DNA of 64,000 nt from Heterodontus francisci (Eukaryota), in contig NC_090395.1 in NCBI RefSeq assembly GCF_036365525.1, positions 46,878,136-46,942,135 on the forward strand, in the 5' to 3' direction. This document shows positions 36,260 through 48,781 of the stretch, one piece after another. The translations under genes were made by a program, and so were the position numbers. Numbering within the stretch: position 1 is the stretch's first letter; every line of letters begins with the position of its first letter. The notes below the pieces were generated by a model. It did no database searches. It was not told the origin of the DNA and saw nothing but the letters and a program-made list of their open reading frames with translations.

Positions 36260-38282
36260 CAGGGGAGGGCGACTGCACAATAAAAAGACTCCAGGTGGCC
36301 CCATGCTTTAGTGATGCCTCCCTCCAGGTTCTCTTACCGGCTGCTAGGGAAAGGCGGTATGTCCTCTTCCACAGGGATGGGAGAAGGACAGCTTGGCACT
36401 GACCAAGAAAGCCTGGTTGCAGATAGCGGAGGAGGTCAACAGCCATGGAGTCCCCCCAGGAACATGGCTTCGGTGCCAGGGGCAGCTCAATGACCTCATC
36501 CAGGCAGTGAAAGTGAGGTTTTTTCATTTGTATGTGGGATGTGGGCACCACTGGCTATGCCAGCATTTATTGCACATCCCTAATTGTCCTTGAATTGAAT
36601 GGCTTGCTAAGCTATTTCAGAGGGCATTTTTAATAATGAACCATATTGCTGTGGGTCTGGAGTCACATGTAGGCCAGACCAGGTAAGGTACCTCATAAAC
36701 CTCTTGGGTCTTGCATTTGTCAGAGGAGAAGGGTGGAGAAGGTGTGCCCAGCCAGGCATGGGAAAAGGGTCAGGACATAAAGGCAAGTTGCCTCAGGCTT
36801 GTTGGAATGGAGCTGAAAGGTGGCCTTTTGTCATTGGAGACCGTCATAAAGTCCCTGGAAAGAGACCACTTGCAGGAGGCATCCGTGCACCCCATCAGTA
36901 ACCGCTAGACTACCACCAGTATAGGTCTTGGGCTTGTCCCCTCTGGGAGACCAACAACATTCATCTTTGTGTCTGGAGGAAAAGACAGTAGACAATCGCA
37001 GAGAGTGGGCCAAGACCGGTGACAGACTGCCAGTTCACCATGTCCTGAGCCCAGTGGAGGAGGAGGCCATAGAGTTGGCAGGGCCGCAGGATGGATGGTG
37101 CTTTGCAGAAGGAAAGATAGAGGCACCTTCCCAAGACAGAGAGTAAGGTTGCCATGGGACACAAGGGTGCGTCAGCAGCGATGGAGCCATGCTGCTCATG
37201 AGACATCTGCTGCATACATGGTCTCCAACATAGGGGTGTTTGCTATGTCTGGAAGGGAGGCCCTTGAGCCTTCAATATCTCTGTTCTCTCATGCAGGTCA
37301 CACAGGACATCAACGAAGAGCCTCTGAGGCTATGGGAGAGCCTGCCACCTCTGAGGGGGAGAACAGAGCCTCAGAGGGTCCAGAGTCACCTCATACCCTC
37401 GCACTTTCCACCAGCACAGATACTCTCACATCTGTGAGATTGTGCTCATGGTTAGATTCAGTCACACAACCTAGTGGCCACATTATAGATGCACCCAAGC
37501 AGCTAATGGAGGCTGTGACAGCCCAGGCCACTGACAGTCGGAGGACTGTGGGAGGTCAGACCTATGCTGAACTTCTAGGTTTACCAACATCAGAGGAAAT
37601 ACTGCAGCTGCAGTGAGGGTCAAGCAACATTTGACAGCAATGCCAGAGGCAATGTGTGCCCAAACATGGATGATGGAGGAGTCCATCCAGGCCTTGAGTG
37701 CTGCACTGTCTCTGACTGGTGCACGAGTGGCATCCTCCATTGACAGATTTGCAGCTCTCCTGGAGAGCCACATCCAGCAGAGCACTCAGTGTCTGCAGGA
37801 GATTCTGCAGACTTGTATACCCTCATCTTGACCATGAGCTCAAGGCAGCAATGGCAAGGTGAGGAGGGGACAAGGCCCTGGAGTCACCACCAGGTCCTAT
37901 ACCTTCTCAGGTCAGCAGGGAGGCATAAGTGTGCCTTGCAAGGGAGGAGGAGTGGCTCCCCCACACCACCCCGCCCCCACCCTCCACAGTGGGGAAGGCT
38001 CTCCGCTTTGGGTGCTCCTGGTGGGGCCAGCAGATCCACAGCCCCTCTTCCAGTGACGCCAGGTCATCCTTCACCCCAGATGAGAGCGTGGTACTGCTTC
38101 TGTGCAGTAGGCCCTCAGCTTGCCAGAGCCCTTCTCCAGGCCTCATGCAACCAGAGGGTGATTGCCAAGGTCATCACTAGCCAAGGGGCAGCAAGCTCAG
38201 CAGCCTGACTCCACTTCAGCTGACAGCACAGGGGGAGCACCATATAGGAGTACATGCAAAAGAATAAAGAGGGAGCACCTAG
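36260..38282 (+). pseudogene. Harbinger Myb/SANT-like DNA-binding protein remnant (NAIF1/MSANTD-type), three putative exons
   Basis: APCFSDASLQVLL...ERRYVLF...TKKAWLQIAEEVNS...WLRCQGQLNDL, donor GTGAG at 36513. Exon 2 at 36979-37142 (EKTVDNRREWAKTG) with donor GTAAG. Acceptor TGCAG at 37292-37296. Contains frameshifts. Confidence 0.7.
36520..36690 (-). mobile_element. SINE family B 3' fragment inside putative intron 1 of the Myb gene
   Basis: Reverse complement of ACCTGGTCTGGCCTACATGTGACTCCAGACCCACAGCAAT plus the shared tail. Confidence 0.8.
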
Positions 38283-38354
38283 AAGTACAAGTGATTCATG
38301 GGTGAATGTCTAATGTAAATAGAAAGGGTAGTGTTTGTCGTCAGGGATAATTTA

Positions 38355-38708
38355 GGGCGGCACAGTGGCGCAGTGGTTAGCACCGCAGCCTCACAGCTCC
38401 AGGGACCCGGGTTCGATTCCGGGTACTGCCTGTGTGGAGTTTGCAAGTTCTCCCTGTGTCTGCGTGGGTTTTCTCCGGGTGCTCCGGTTTCCTCCCACAA
38501 GCCAAAAGACTTGCAGGTTGATAGGTAAATTGGCCATTATAAATTGTCACTGGTATAGGTAGGTGGTAGGGAAATATAGGGACAGGTGGGGATGTTTGGT
38601 AGGAATATGGGATTAGTGTAGGATTAGTATAAATGGGTGGCTGATGTTCGGCACAGACTTGGTGGGCCGAAGGGCCTGTTTCAGTGCTGTATCTCTAATC
38701 TAATCTAA
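38355..38708 (+). mobile_element. HE1-like V-SINE, full length
   Basis: GGGCGGCACAGTGGCGCAGTGGTTAGC head, GGTTCGATTCC B-box, V-domain and (CTAAT)n tail. Confidence 0.95.
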
Positions 38709-38899
38709 ATATAAGTATCTATCTCACAAGAGCTCCTTCCTCTTATTTATGACCATTGGTGTTTCGTTTCGATCCTGCCTCTGTCAAGAGGCTCGAGGCT
38801 GGGGATCATGCTGTGAGGGATCAAGTCTGGAGCCTTGCCAGCTGAGCGCTGAGTGAATTCTTCTTGAAGGAAAGAAGGCGACAACAGCGCTGCTTAAAG

Positions 38900-39240
38900 C
38901 CAAGTCTTTATTGGTCAACCTACAGCTGGCAGTACTGATCAATGGAAACACGCATGTTGAAGGCATCTGTTGCATGTATCTCATGGCGTCTTTTCTGTTG
39001 TCCTTGGGGTACTTCATTTGGCAATGCTCTGCCAGCTTCCTCCTCTACATCCTCATTGTCCGAGGAGACATCTCACTACCCTCATTGTTCAATGTCTCCC
39101 CCCTTTGTAATGCCAGGCTGCGCAGTGCACAGCAGACCACTGCAGTACATGAGACCCTCATTGGGCATACTGAAGGGCTCCACCAGACCGATCTAGGCAC
39201 CTGAATCTCAACTTGAGCAGACCAATGGCCTGCTCTATGG
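38900..39240 (-). pseudogene. Harbinger (HARBI1-like) DDE transposase C-terminal remnant
   Basis: Minus strand reads IEQAIGLLKLRFRCLDRSGGALQY then VVCCALRSLALQRG across a frameshift. Confidence 0.8.
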
Positions 39241-39902
39241 TCGCTTGCGTTGTCCCGTGGCAGGTGTTGTACCTCACCCAAGATGGAGCTGCCCTCTCTC
39301 CAAACTTTTAAATTTAAATTTACAAATGGCCTCAGCAGATGGGCCACCAGTGAGGAGAGGAATCCCCTCCACAAGGGCGGCCTGCAGCTGCAGCTGAAGC
39401 CAGGTAGTCTGGGAAGGCCTCTAAGCCTGCCTGGAGCACTGCGCCCCTGTTCTGCCTGCGGGAGGCTGCCTCCAGGGACATGGAGGCCAACTGGAAAATT
39501 CCAGTCAGCCTCAGACAATAGGCCTTAATAGATTTTTAATGAGGTTAATTGACCAGCTGCCACTTGTGGGGAGGTAGCCCTGATGTCCCCTGCCATCCCG
39601 TCTCCCAGAAAATGGCCTGGGTGGAGCCTGCTGGCGGTGTGATATTCTGCACACACCTGCTCCAATCAGGGCCTAAAAATTCAGCACCACATGTTGATTT
39701 TACTCAGTCATCTTTGTTCTAGAAACTTCAGATGTTAATTCTCGCCAGCCATTTATTTATTTCTCCAAACACATTTTGGACACAGTGACGCTCTCTCCAA
39801 AGCAGGTGTTGACTAACTTACTTGATATATTTAATGCAGTTTTATTGTTTTATTGGATTAGAGGCATTTTCACAGGACAGAAAGTCCTGCATCCATGTTT
39901 CA

Positions 39903-40800
39903 CAGAGAGATTTACAGTACAGAAGGATGCCATTCAGCCCATTGTATCTGCACTGGCTGACAAGGAGTCATCTCGCCGAATCCTACTCTCCGGCTCTAGG
40001 TCTGTTGCCCTGTAGGTTACGGCATTTCATGTGCATATTTTTTAAATGTTATGAGGGTTTCTGCCACTACTGCCATTTCAGGCAGTGAGTTCCAATTCCC
40101 ACCATCCTCTGAGTGAAAAAAGTTCCCCTCGAATCCCCTCTAAACCTCCTACCTCTTACCATAAATCCATGCCCCCTGCTTATGGAGCCCTTAACCAGGG
40201 GGAATCAAGCCTTCCTATCCACTCTATCTAGACCCCTCATAATTTTATATACTTCAATTAGACCTCCCCTTAGCCTCTTCTGTTCTACAGCAAACAAATC
40301 TAGTCCATCCAATCTTTCTTCATAACTAAAATTTTCCAGTCCAGGTAACATCCTTGCAAATCTCCTTTGTACCCTCTCTAGTGCAATCACATCTTTCCTA
40401 TAGTGTGGTGACCAGAGCTGCACACAATACTCCAGCTGTGACCTAACTATACAGTTCCACTATAACCTCCCTGCTCTTATATTCTCTGCCTTGGCTAATA
40501 AAGGCAAGTATCCTATATGCCTTCTTGAACACCTTATTTACCTTTCCAGCCACCTTCAGTGATCTCTGGACATGCAGTCCAAAATTCCTCTGTTTCACTT
40601 TGACTTGGATCTCATAGGCTTTTACTTTCATGACCAGTCTGCAATGTGGGACCTTATCAAAATTCTTGCTAAAATCCATATAGACTATATAAAATGCACT
40701 ACCCTCACTGGCGTTTCTTGTTACCTCCTCAAAAAGTTCAATCATGTTAGTCAGACCTCACCTTCCCTTAACAAATCCATGCTAGCTGTCTTTGATTAAT
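39903..40800 (-). mobile_element. CR1 fragment with internal deletion
   Basis: QLWSPHYRKDVIALERVQRRF, RLRGGLIEVYKIM and VYMDFSKNFDKVPH. Confidence 0.88.
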
Positions 40801-42211
40801 CCATTTGATTAATGTGGTTGAATAGCCCTGAAATGTAGCCTTTGGTGTTTTGATATGATAGAGTTATTTGAGTCACAATTTGTCTTATAGATATGCAAAT
40901 TAAAACCATACAAGTCTGTAGGCAATGAAATGTGCTGTAGTTTTTAATGCAAAGTTTAAATCGATTTTATGAAGCAGTTAATTGATCACAAAGGGTAGAC
41001 AATTGAAACAAGATTTTGCTATATGATTATCCAAAGACTTTCCAATAATTGCCAGGCTTCATATATGATAAATCATTTTACCTATCTACTTTACATTGTC
41101 CAAGTGTAACATAAAATTAAAACAATTTGGACATTATAATTTGAACTTTCAATTGCTTCATAGCAGTAACCAAATGAATCTGATACTGTTTTATTGAATG
41201 TAAGTAATTTTATTAACTGCTTCTGAATTACAAGAGGTTTTCACAAATTGTCTGGAATTAGATTTTCTTGTAAAGTAATGCAATGATCAGTAATTTCTGT
41301 TAGGGTAAAAGCTTATCAGTATGACATGCACGTTCTTTGAATGTATCTTGTTATGGTCCTTATTTAACTCTGTGTTTGTAAACATATGAATTCCAAGGAT
41401 TTGTTTGTTTTAAAAGGTGACACAATGTGCTTTTTAACTGTAAAGTATTATGGGAGTTGCCATTAGCATAAATTTTAAAATGCAATAAACACCATGTTTC
41501 TTTTGTGTCCTGTTTGCATTTGGTGTTTGAAGTTATAGCCCAAAGGTTTGCCAGCTTTATTTTATAATATATAAATAAAGCACATTGTAAACCATGTTAC
41601 ATATTTAAATCAAATTACAACTGGTACAATGGAATTGGTTATAAATGTAAAGTATGGTCGGTTCATTAACACATGCAGCTATCAAGGCTCTAAGGGCCCA
41701 CTAGTGCCATTCATTAACTGTTCAAGTGGCAGTCACAATCAAAGTAGCACTTATTCTGCAAAAACTCGAGACTGCCCTTGATTTTAATGGAGGGCCAGAG
41801 CTGTTCTAATTAACTATTCACTGTTTCAGCAAGGGAAAACAGTGGAGCGCTGCCAAAGTCCCAGGAAATTATGGTGCATTGTAGATCATTTCGTAAGTGA
41901 GGTTGGGCCATACATCTTAAAATGCTGATGAAATGTGTGCAGCGACAGGCCTCAAAGGGATGACTAGAGAGCAGCAGTCTGAAGGTTCCAAGGCCTGTAG
42001 ATCATCCTGGGTGGTGGTGGGAGTGAATAAACAAATTTCAATGCCTGCATCCATATCTCCAGCATTCCCTCAGGGTCCTGTGGACTTTGCAGTTGTTGGG
42101 CTTGAACGGCAAGATCTTGAACCAGCTTTTTGATAGCTGTCCTGGGGTGCTGACTTAGTGAGCATTGACGTCAGAGAATGCATCCTTCATTGCATTTAAA
42201 TAGGAACACAG

Positions 42212-43103
42212 GCTTCAGCCTGTCCACCATCTACAAGGCACAAGTCAAAAGTGTGATGGAATAGGGCGGCACAGTGGCGCAGTGGTTAGCACCGCAGCCT
42301 CACAGCTCCAGGGACCCGGGTTCGATTCCGGGTACTGCCTGTGTGGAGTTTGCAAGTTCTCCCTGTGTCTGTGTGGGTTTTCTCCGGGTGCTCCGGTTTC
42401 CTCCCACAAGCCAAAAGACTTGCAGGTTAATAGGTAAATTGGCCATTATAAATTGTCACTAGTATTGGTAGGTGGTAGGGAAATATAGGGACAGGTGGGG
42501 ATGTGGTAGGAATATGGGATTAGTGTAGGATTAGTATAAATGGGTGGTTGATGTTCAGCACAGACTCGGTGGGCCAAAGGGCCTGTTTCAGTGCTGTATC
42601 TCTAATCTAATCTAATACTCTCCACTTGCCTGGATGAGTTCGGCTCCAACAACACTCAAGAAGCTCCAGGACAAAGCAGTCTACTTGATCGGCACCCCAT
42701 CCACTAAATTAAATATTCACTCCTTCCAACACTGACGTACAGTGGCAGCAGTGTATACCATATTCAAGGTGCACTGCAGCACCTCACCTCCTTCGACAGC
42801 ACCTTCCAAACCTGTGACCTCTACCACCAAGGGCAGCAGAGGCATGGGAACGCCACCACCTGCAAGTTCCCCTCCAAGCCACACACCATCCTGACTTGGA
42901 AATATATCGCCATTCCTTCACTGTCGCTGAGTCAAAATCCTGGAACTCCCTCCCTAACAGCACTGCGGGAGTACACACACCAGATGGACTGCAGTGGTTC
43001 AAGAAGGCAGCTCACCACAACTTTCTCAAGGGCAATTAGGTATGGGCAACAAATGCTAGCCTTGCAAGCGATGCCCACATCCCATAAAAGAATAAAAAAT
43101 AAA
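42212..43103 (+). mobile_element. Family A LINE 3' fragment interrupted by HE1
   Basis: CCTGTCCACCATCTACAAGGCACAAGTC...GATGGAATA|CTCTCCACTTGCC is continuous across the SINE, and the standard tail is present. Confidence 0.88.
42264..42613 (+). mobile_element. HE1-like V-SINE, full length
   Basis: Nearly identical to 38355-38708, with a short TSD AATA. Confidence 0.95.
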
Positions 43104-43329
43104 TATGCTGTTTGGGGAAGCCCCAGGTTATCTCAGGACAGTGTAATGTGGGAAGAGTCCTGACACAAGTGTCCATCTCATTTTGCTTTGCCATGTGCTT
43201 GAGGACCAGTGATTTTCCAGACATAAGATACAGGAAAATCATCATTATATCCATTTATGACATATTTTTCTGCACATTAAATATAAATGGGAAAATTCTA
43301 ACCTATTCTAAAACCATATTGAATAGTCA

Positions 43330-44000
43330 GTTGAACGTACATGCAAAAAACAGGACAGATAAAGATCAGCTCATCCATCAAGCCTCTCCCATTCAGCCAG
43401 ATTGCAACAGCACAACCAACCCAACTACCCCCCACCCACCAGCAGCTATGTTATATCTTAGGAAATACAAAAAGAATCCTCGGCAAAATCAGAGAAATAA
43501 AGATTCTTGGAAATCCTCTCCAATTCATCCCCCCCTCCCCCCAAAGGTGGACAAAAGCAGGTTAATGAGTTAACAATGACTACAAGTTACATTACCCAAT
43601 ATCCCACCTACCATTGTACACATGATGTCAGCCTCCTCTACAAACGTGTCAACTTCCTTTTATAGGGTTGAAGTGAAATTGCACCCATCACATAATTCAG
43701 CAACATATTCCAAAAATCATTGACCCTCTGGGAAAAGAAACGCCTTCCGCCATCTAACCTAATTCTATGCTTACACTGTTCGTACACATGCCCACTCGCT
43801 CTTTATAACCCAGCTATTTTAACTAGTCTATCAACATGTTCTTAGTCTAGTCCCTTCATTATTTTAAGTACTTCATTTAACTTTCATCAAAGTCGATGCT
43901 TATCTCGAGTAAAAATACCCATCTGCCTGAGCCTACAATACTGGCTCAAGGTTTTCAAACTTGGTTATAATTGAGTAACCTTCTCTGGCACCCTTTGGGG
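43330..44000 (-). mobile_element. Old CR1-like 3' fragment
   Basis: CCCTTCATTATTTTAAGTACTTCATTTAA and ACCCTCTGGGAAAAGAA are reverse complements of decayed CR1 C-terminal motifs. Confidence 0.5.
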
Positions 44001-44123
44001 TTAAATTGGAGCAAGTAGTAACCATCTTTCATCCTCCTAAAGTCCCAAAATGGAGGGCAGGAAGAGTTGCTACAGTTTTGACTGGAAGTGCACTGCTTGC
44101 AATATTGGATAATGGCAAACAAG

Positions 44124-46150
44124 GGGCGGAATTTTGTGAGGCCGTTTGGAGTGGGAATGGAGAAGTGAGGGGGCGGAGAATAGCACCGGATGCGCTCACC
44201 CAGAAATCCGACGTCGTGACGCCTCTTCTGCAGTTAATCAATGGCGAGAAAGCTCCAAGGCAGCATTGCCGTCCCAACATGACAGGACTGTCATTTCAAT
44301 TGCTGAACAGGTCATTGGAATACATTAGCATGTGATTCATTGCCATTCAATGGGGGTTTGAAATTAAGTGAACAGCTGGCGGCCCTCACCTGCCTTCAGA
44401 TCCCCAGACGTTGACAGGTGGTAGCACCAAGGCGAGGTCACAGTGCTGCAATGGGAAGGCAGCCAGGACGAGTACTGGATAGGAGAAGAGGCAGCCTACA
44501 GTGCTGTGCACTGCACGGGTGGGCTTGGTCTCAGGTGTGAGGGTCGGGTGGCCGGGTGTGAGGGTCAGGTGGCCATACTACTGGGTACTGAGCTGGCTCT
44601 CAGCAAGGGTGCGCACTGAAGGCCCTTTGTGCATAAGCCAAGGGGAGTAGCAAAGTCAAAGATGTCAAGGCAATTTTGGCTCTGCAAGGACAGCAGTCTG
44701 GAGGCCTACTGATCAGCTGGCATAGGTCTCATACACCCTGTCTTTGTGGACCCCCGGGGCATGATGTAGCACTTCCGATGGGGGAAGGGCCAAAAGGCAG
44801 CCGTGCCTACTCTTGAAGCTCTACAATGTGAGTGACAGCAACTGTCCATGGCAGCAAGGGCCCACCTGTGTCAGCAAGTGTACTGGATCTGACTCAACAA
44901 TCTGAGCAACATGGTCAGCGAAGACTGCGGCTCTCCAGGGAGAGCACCACCGACTTAAGCGCCATACCCCAGGTTGAGTTGCAACCTATGGGATTTGGTA
45001 GTCACCCTAAGCCAGTGGCCTGAAGATTACTGTGGCACTAAACACTTACACGTCAAGATCTTTCCAGGGATCCACTGGGGACATGTGTGGGGTCTCCCAG
45101 GCAGCCATCCACTGCTGCATCAAGGAGGTAACCAGTGCCTTGTTCAAGAGGGGCGGTGACTATGTGCACTACTGGACTGACCATGACTGTTAGGCTGAGA
45201 GGGTCATCGGGTTCGGGGCCATCACTGGATTCCCCCAGTGAAGGTGTGATAGATTTCATGCCTGTGGCTATCAAAGGTTTCACTGGACTAGCCAGCTGCC
45301 TTCATCAACAGGACGGGCTTCCATTCAATCAACATTCAACTGGTCTGCGACCATCGAAAGCGTTTCCTGCAGGTGTGTGCCCGCTTCCCAGGGAGCAGCC
45401 AGGATGCTTACATACTTCAACAGTCCCAGTGTCACAGCCTTTCTGACCCCACGCTCACCTTCAAGGATGGATTCTCAGGGACATGGGCTACTCATTGAAG
45501 ACATGGCTACTGACACGTGTGAGGAACCCTCACACTGCAGCAGAGGAGAGGTACAACTTGCCATGGTTCCATACAAGCAACCATCAGGCAGGCCATTGGG
45601 CTGCTGAAGATAAGATTCCGGTGCCTCGATCGATTCGGTGGAGCCCTGTAGTATGTCCCAGCGAGAGTCTTGCGTACTGTGGTGGCCTGCTGTGCTCTGC
45701 ACAATCTAGCCCTGCAGAGGGGGGACGTCTTGCATGAAGAGGACATGATTGATTGCCAGTCCTCAACCAACAAGGAGGACATGAAGGAGGCTAATGAGCA
45801 GGTAGCACTGGATGTTGAACCCCTTGCACCAGAGGTCAAACACACGAAGAGATGGGCAAGGGAGGCAAGAGACAATCTCATACTTACCCATTTCCTGCCA
45901 CCATGATGGCCTCTCAAAGTGAACTCAATAAAGACTCACCTCAATGTATTCAGTCTGTCACCTCCTTTCTATCTGGATTCTGTGCCGAGCGCCCTGCTTA
46001 ACTGTGCACTCTGGCACATCTGAGACGCATACCAAAGGAGGACTGTGCCTACACTGGCAGCCCAATGAGGGAGCAAGGGTGACGGTAGCATCTCATTATT
46101 CAATTCACCAGTTGTGCAGTGAAGATTTGGCAAACAGAGCTCAAGATATC
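44124..46150 (+). mobile_element. PIF/Harbinger element with decayed transposase (right end not resolved)
   Basis: Left TIR GGGCGGAATTTT. Across frames at 44850-45905: FGAITGFPQ.EGVID, FINRTGFHSINIQLVCDH, ARFPGSSQDAYIL, WLLT..RNP..AEERYN, IGLLKIRFRCLDR.GGAL, CCALHNLALQRG. Confidence 0.88.
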
Positions 46151-47081
46151 TAGGCAAGGAGGTCTCAGATTTGTTTCTTGGCTGCTTGTTACAGAGTGTA
46201 AATTTCTGGCCAACTGCAACAAGATAGGCTCCGTCACAACATAACTATGTATGGCTTAAAGTATTTAATGATTATAAAGTAAAGCATGTGTTATGAAGAA
46301 AGCTGAAGAATTGTACAGTAAATCCTCTTATCCCAGCCTTTTGTACTAGATTCCTTCACCCATTCATACTCAATGAGTGGAAAATCTTACCCTTACGCAA
46401 GTGGCCAGAGCCTCATTGAAGGTCTGAAAGTATGCAGATGACTTAAAATTATTGGTTGAAGCAATTTTTTATTGCCTTCCTTTCAACAAGCTCCCAGCTG
46501 TAGGCTCAAACTAAGCCAGAAATTTACATAAATGATTTAACATGTCCAATCTCAGAATAACGCACAGAGTTTGCCAAAATATGTGAATGCGTTAAAGCAG
46601 CATTCCAGCCCCATCAGCTCTATGCTGGGATTAGAAGATCAACCCTTTATTTCTTTATGTTTCTTCATAACACATGCTTCACTTTAGAATAATTAAAATA
46701 CTTTAACCCATTAATTGTTGTGTTGTGGGGTGGAGCCTATCTTGTTTCATTTTTTCTCTACTGGGAAGAAGCCATTGCTTTACTGTCATGCAATGCATTC
46801 TGGGAAGGTTGGCACAATTTAGGCAGTGGTACTGCATGACTTTCTGGAATATCTTGATTGAGAAAGAATGTGCACTTCTATCATGCCTCCCATATCCTGA
46901 GGGTGTCCCAAGTGCTTCATTTCCTAGTCAATTGATTATCTTTGAAGTGTAGTTGCTGTTGTTTTGTAGGAAAATGCAGCAACCAATTTATTTATAGCAA
47001 GGTCCATTAAAAAATAAATGATCCCTCCTTAGATTCCTCTATCCTGCCATCTCCTTCCCTGCTCTAAAGATTAAAGTCCTT

Positions 47082-47831
47082 GGTCAGAATTTTTCCAGCC
47101 CTTGGATGGTGGGTTTTGAGGCAGGGGAGATGGGAAAATAGCAGGGAACTGCATTGGGATGACTCCCAGATACATTCCTGCCACCAGGGAGGTTTCCAGG
47201 GTCAGGCAGAAATACAAATTGGATGCTGGCTGCAAGGCTGTGGGATGACAATTTAAATAATTAAGGCCCCAATTAGTGGTGATCTAGAGTTCCTGCCGGT
47301 ATTTTACTGGCGGTGGAGCCAACTCTGCACCCCCACCGCATGAGGAGGCTGCCATCTCAATGGAGGTGACCTCCCAGCAGCAGGCGTGGGGACCATTGGA
47401 ACCAGAAGTTCCATCCCCCAAAGAGGGGCCACTGACAGCAAAGGCCGCACTTACGGCCCAAACACAGCCACCGGAGGGTATTCCCCTCTGCTCCAAGTGG
47501 CCTGCCTTCTTGGTCCCTCTAAAAAAATTTATTTTCACTTTCTGAGGGCACCTCCATTTTGAGGCAACTTGGCGTTCTTCTACCTGCCTCAAGAGCGCCC
47601 ACCTCTCCTGGTTGGGCTGCCAAGACTCTAGAGCTGCTGGCCCTGTGGTTGGGCCAGAAGCGTCGGAACCCTGTCCGCAATCCTTAATAGGATATCGAGC
47701 ACAGAGGCAGCCAATTAGGAGGTCACCTCCAGGAAAATAGTTCCTACGGTCTGGCTCCCATCAAGTGGGGGCTCGGGACTGTCATTTGGTTCCAATGTCG
47801 GTGTCCCGAAGCCCATGGGAAAATTCTGCCC
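47082..47831. mobile_element. Harbinger-type MITE
   Basis: TIRs GGTCAGAATTTT / AAATTCTGCCC with TSD CTT on both sides. Confidence 0.8.
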
Positions 47832-47994
47832 CTTCTCTTTGATCATGCCTTCAGGCTTCACCCACCATCTTCTGTTTTCCCGCCTGCTCAGTGTTCTCTG
47901 CTTTTTCACTTCACTGCAAAGTGTTCTGAGGTCTCTTCTTATACATGGGGAGCGTTGTAGAAATGTTGTCCAACTTTGCTGTTGGTTGTGCAAT

Positions 47995-48250
47995 GAATAT
48001 TGACCATAAAACCAGGAGAACTCCCTGCTCTTCTTTAAATGGTACCATGGGATCTTTACCATCTATCTGAATGGGCGGACAGAGCCTCAGTTTCAAGTTG
48101 CATCTGAAAGAACCACCTCCACAATCCAGCACTCCCTCACTACTGCACTGAAATGTCAGACTGGATTTTGTGCTCTTAAGTTAAAGTAGAGCCTGAACCA
48201 CAAATTCTGGCTCAGAGGTAAGATTGCTACCACTGAGCCATCTGACACTG
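47995..48250 (-). mobile_element. Deu-domain SINE (head plus Deu core)
   Basis: CTGCTCTTCTT...CCATGGGATCTTT..CATCT...CTCCCTCA.TACTGCACTG...CTACCACTGAGCCA. Confidence 0.8.
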
Positions 48251-48781
48251 TGTGTAATGTTGCTGCTCAAGTTATCTGAAAAATAATGCAGAAAGTAAAA
48301 AATATAACTATAGTGGAACCTCTGCAGTTCTACTGTTATCAAAAATTTCACAATGAAGTCTTACATGAGTTGTATCTTACGATACTGTGCTTTTATTATT
48401 TCATCTCCAATCCTTAGTGAATAAAACTAAATCATGGATCTTTTGATAGTTATATAACTGGCTTCAGTCTTATTCACAGGATGTTGCAGGCACAGGCATT
48501 ATGGACCCAATAGCCTCCTTCTATACTGTATATTCTATGGCTGTACATGTCCATTATCCACTGCGGAGAGAGGAAGCTGAAGGAAACAGGTGGCCCATCC
48601 ATTAACCTAAATATTGGAGGTGCCACTGTTTATGTGCACACATGTACACAAAACTCAATATATCAGCCAACTGCATTATGAACAAATAAAAATTATGAAT
48701 ATCACCATACCTACGAGATGAAACTTGGCCATGCCCTTAATAGTGAAAACATTAAATGTTACAAGAAGTATGTCTTTACAG

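Larger units (their letters stand above)
36001..39687. mobile_element. Decayed PIF/Harbinger element with convergent Myb/SANT and transposase remnants
   Basis: Ends AGGCTGGATTTT / AAAATTCAGCAC. Myb-like gene on +, transposase C-terminus on -. Interrupts a CR1 fragment. Confidence 0.8.

Noticed and set aside
38355-38430. tRNA gene
   Set aside because: The A/B boxes are the tRNA-derived head of an HE1 SINE and continue into the V-domain. The same applies to the other SINE heads.
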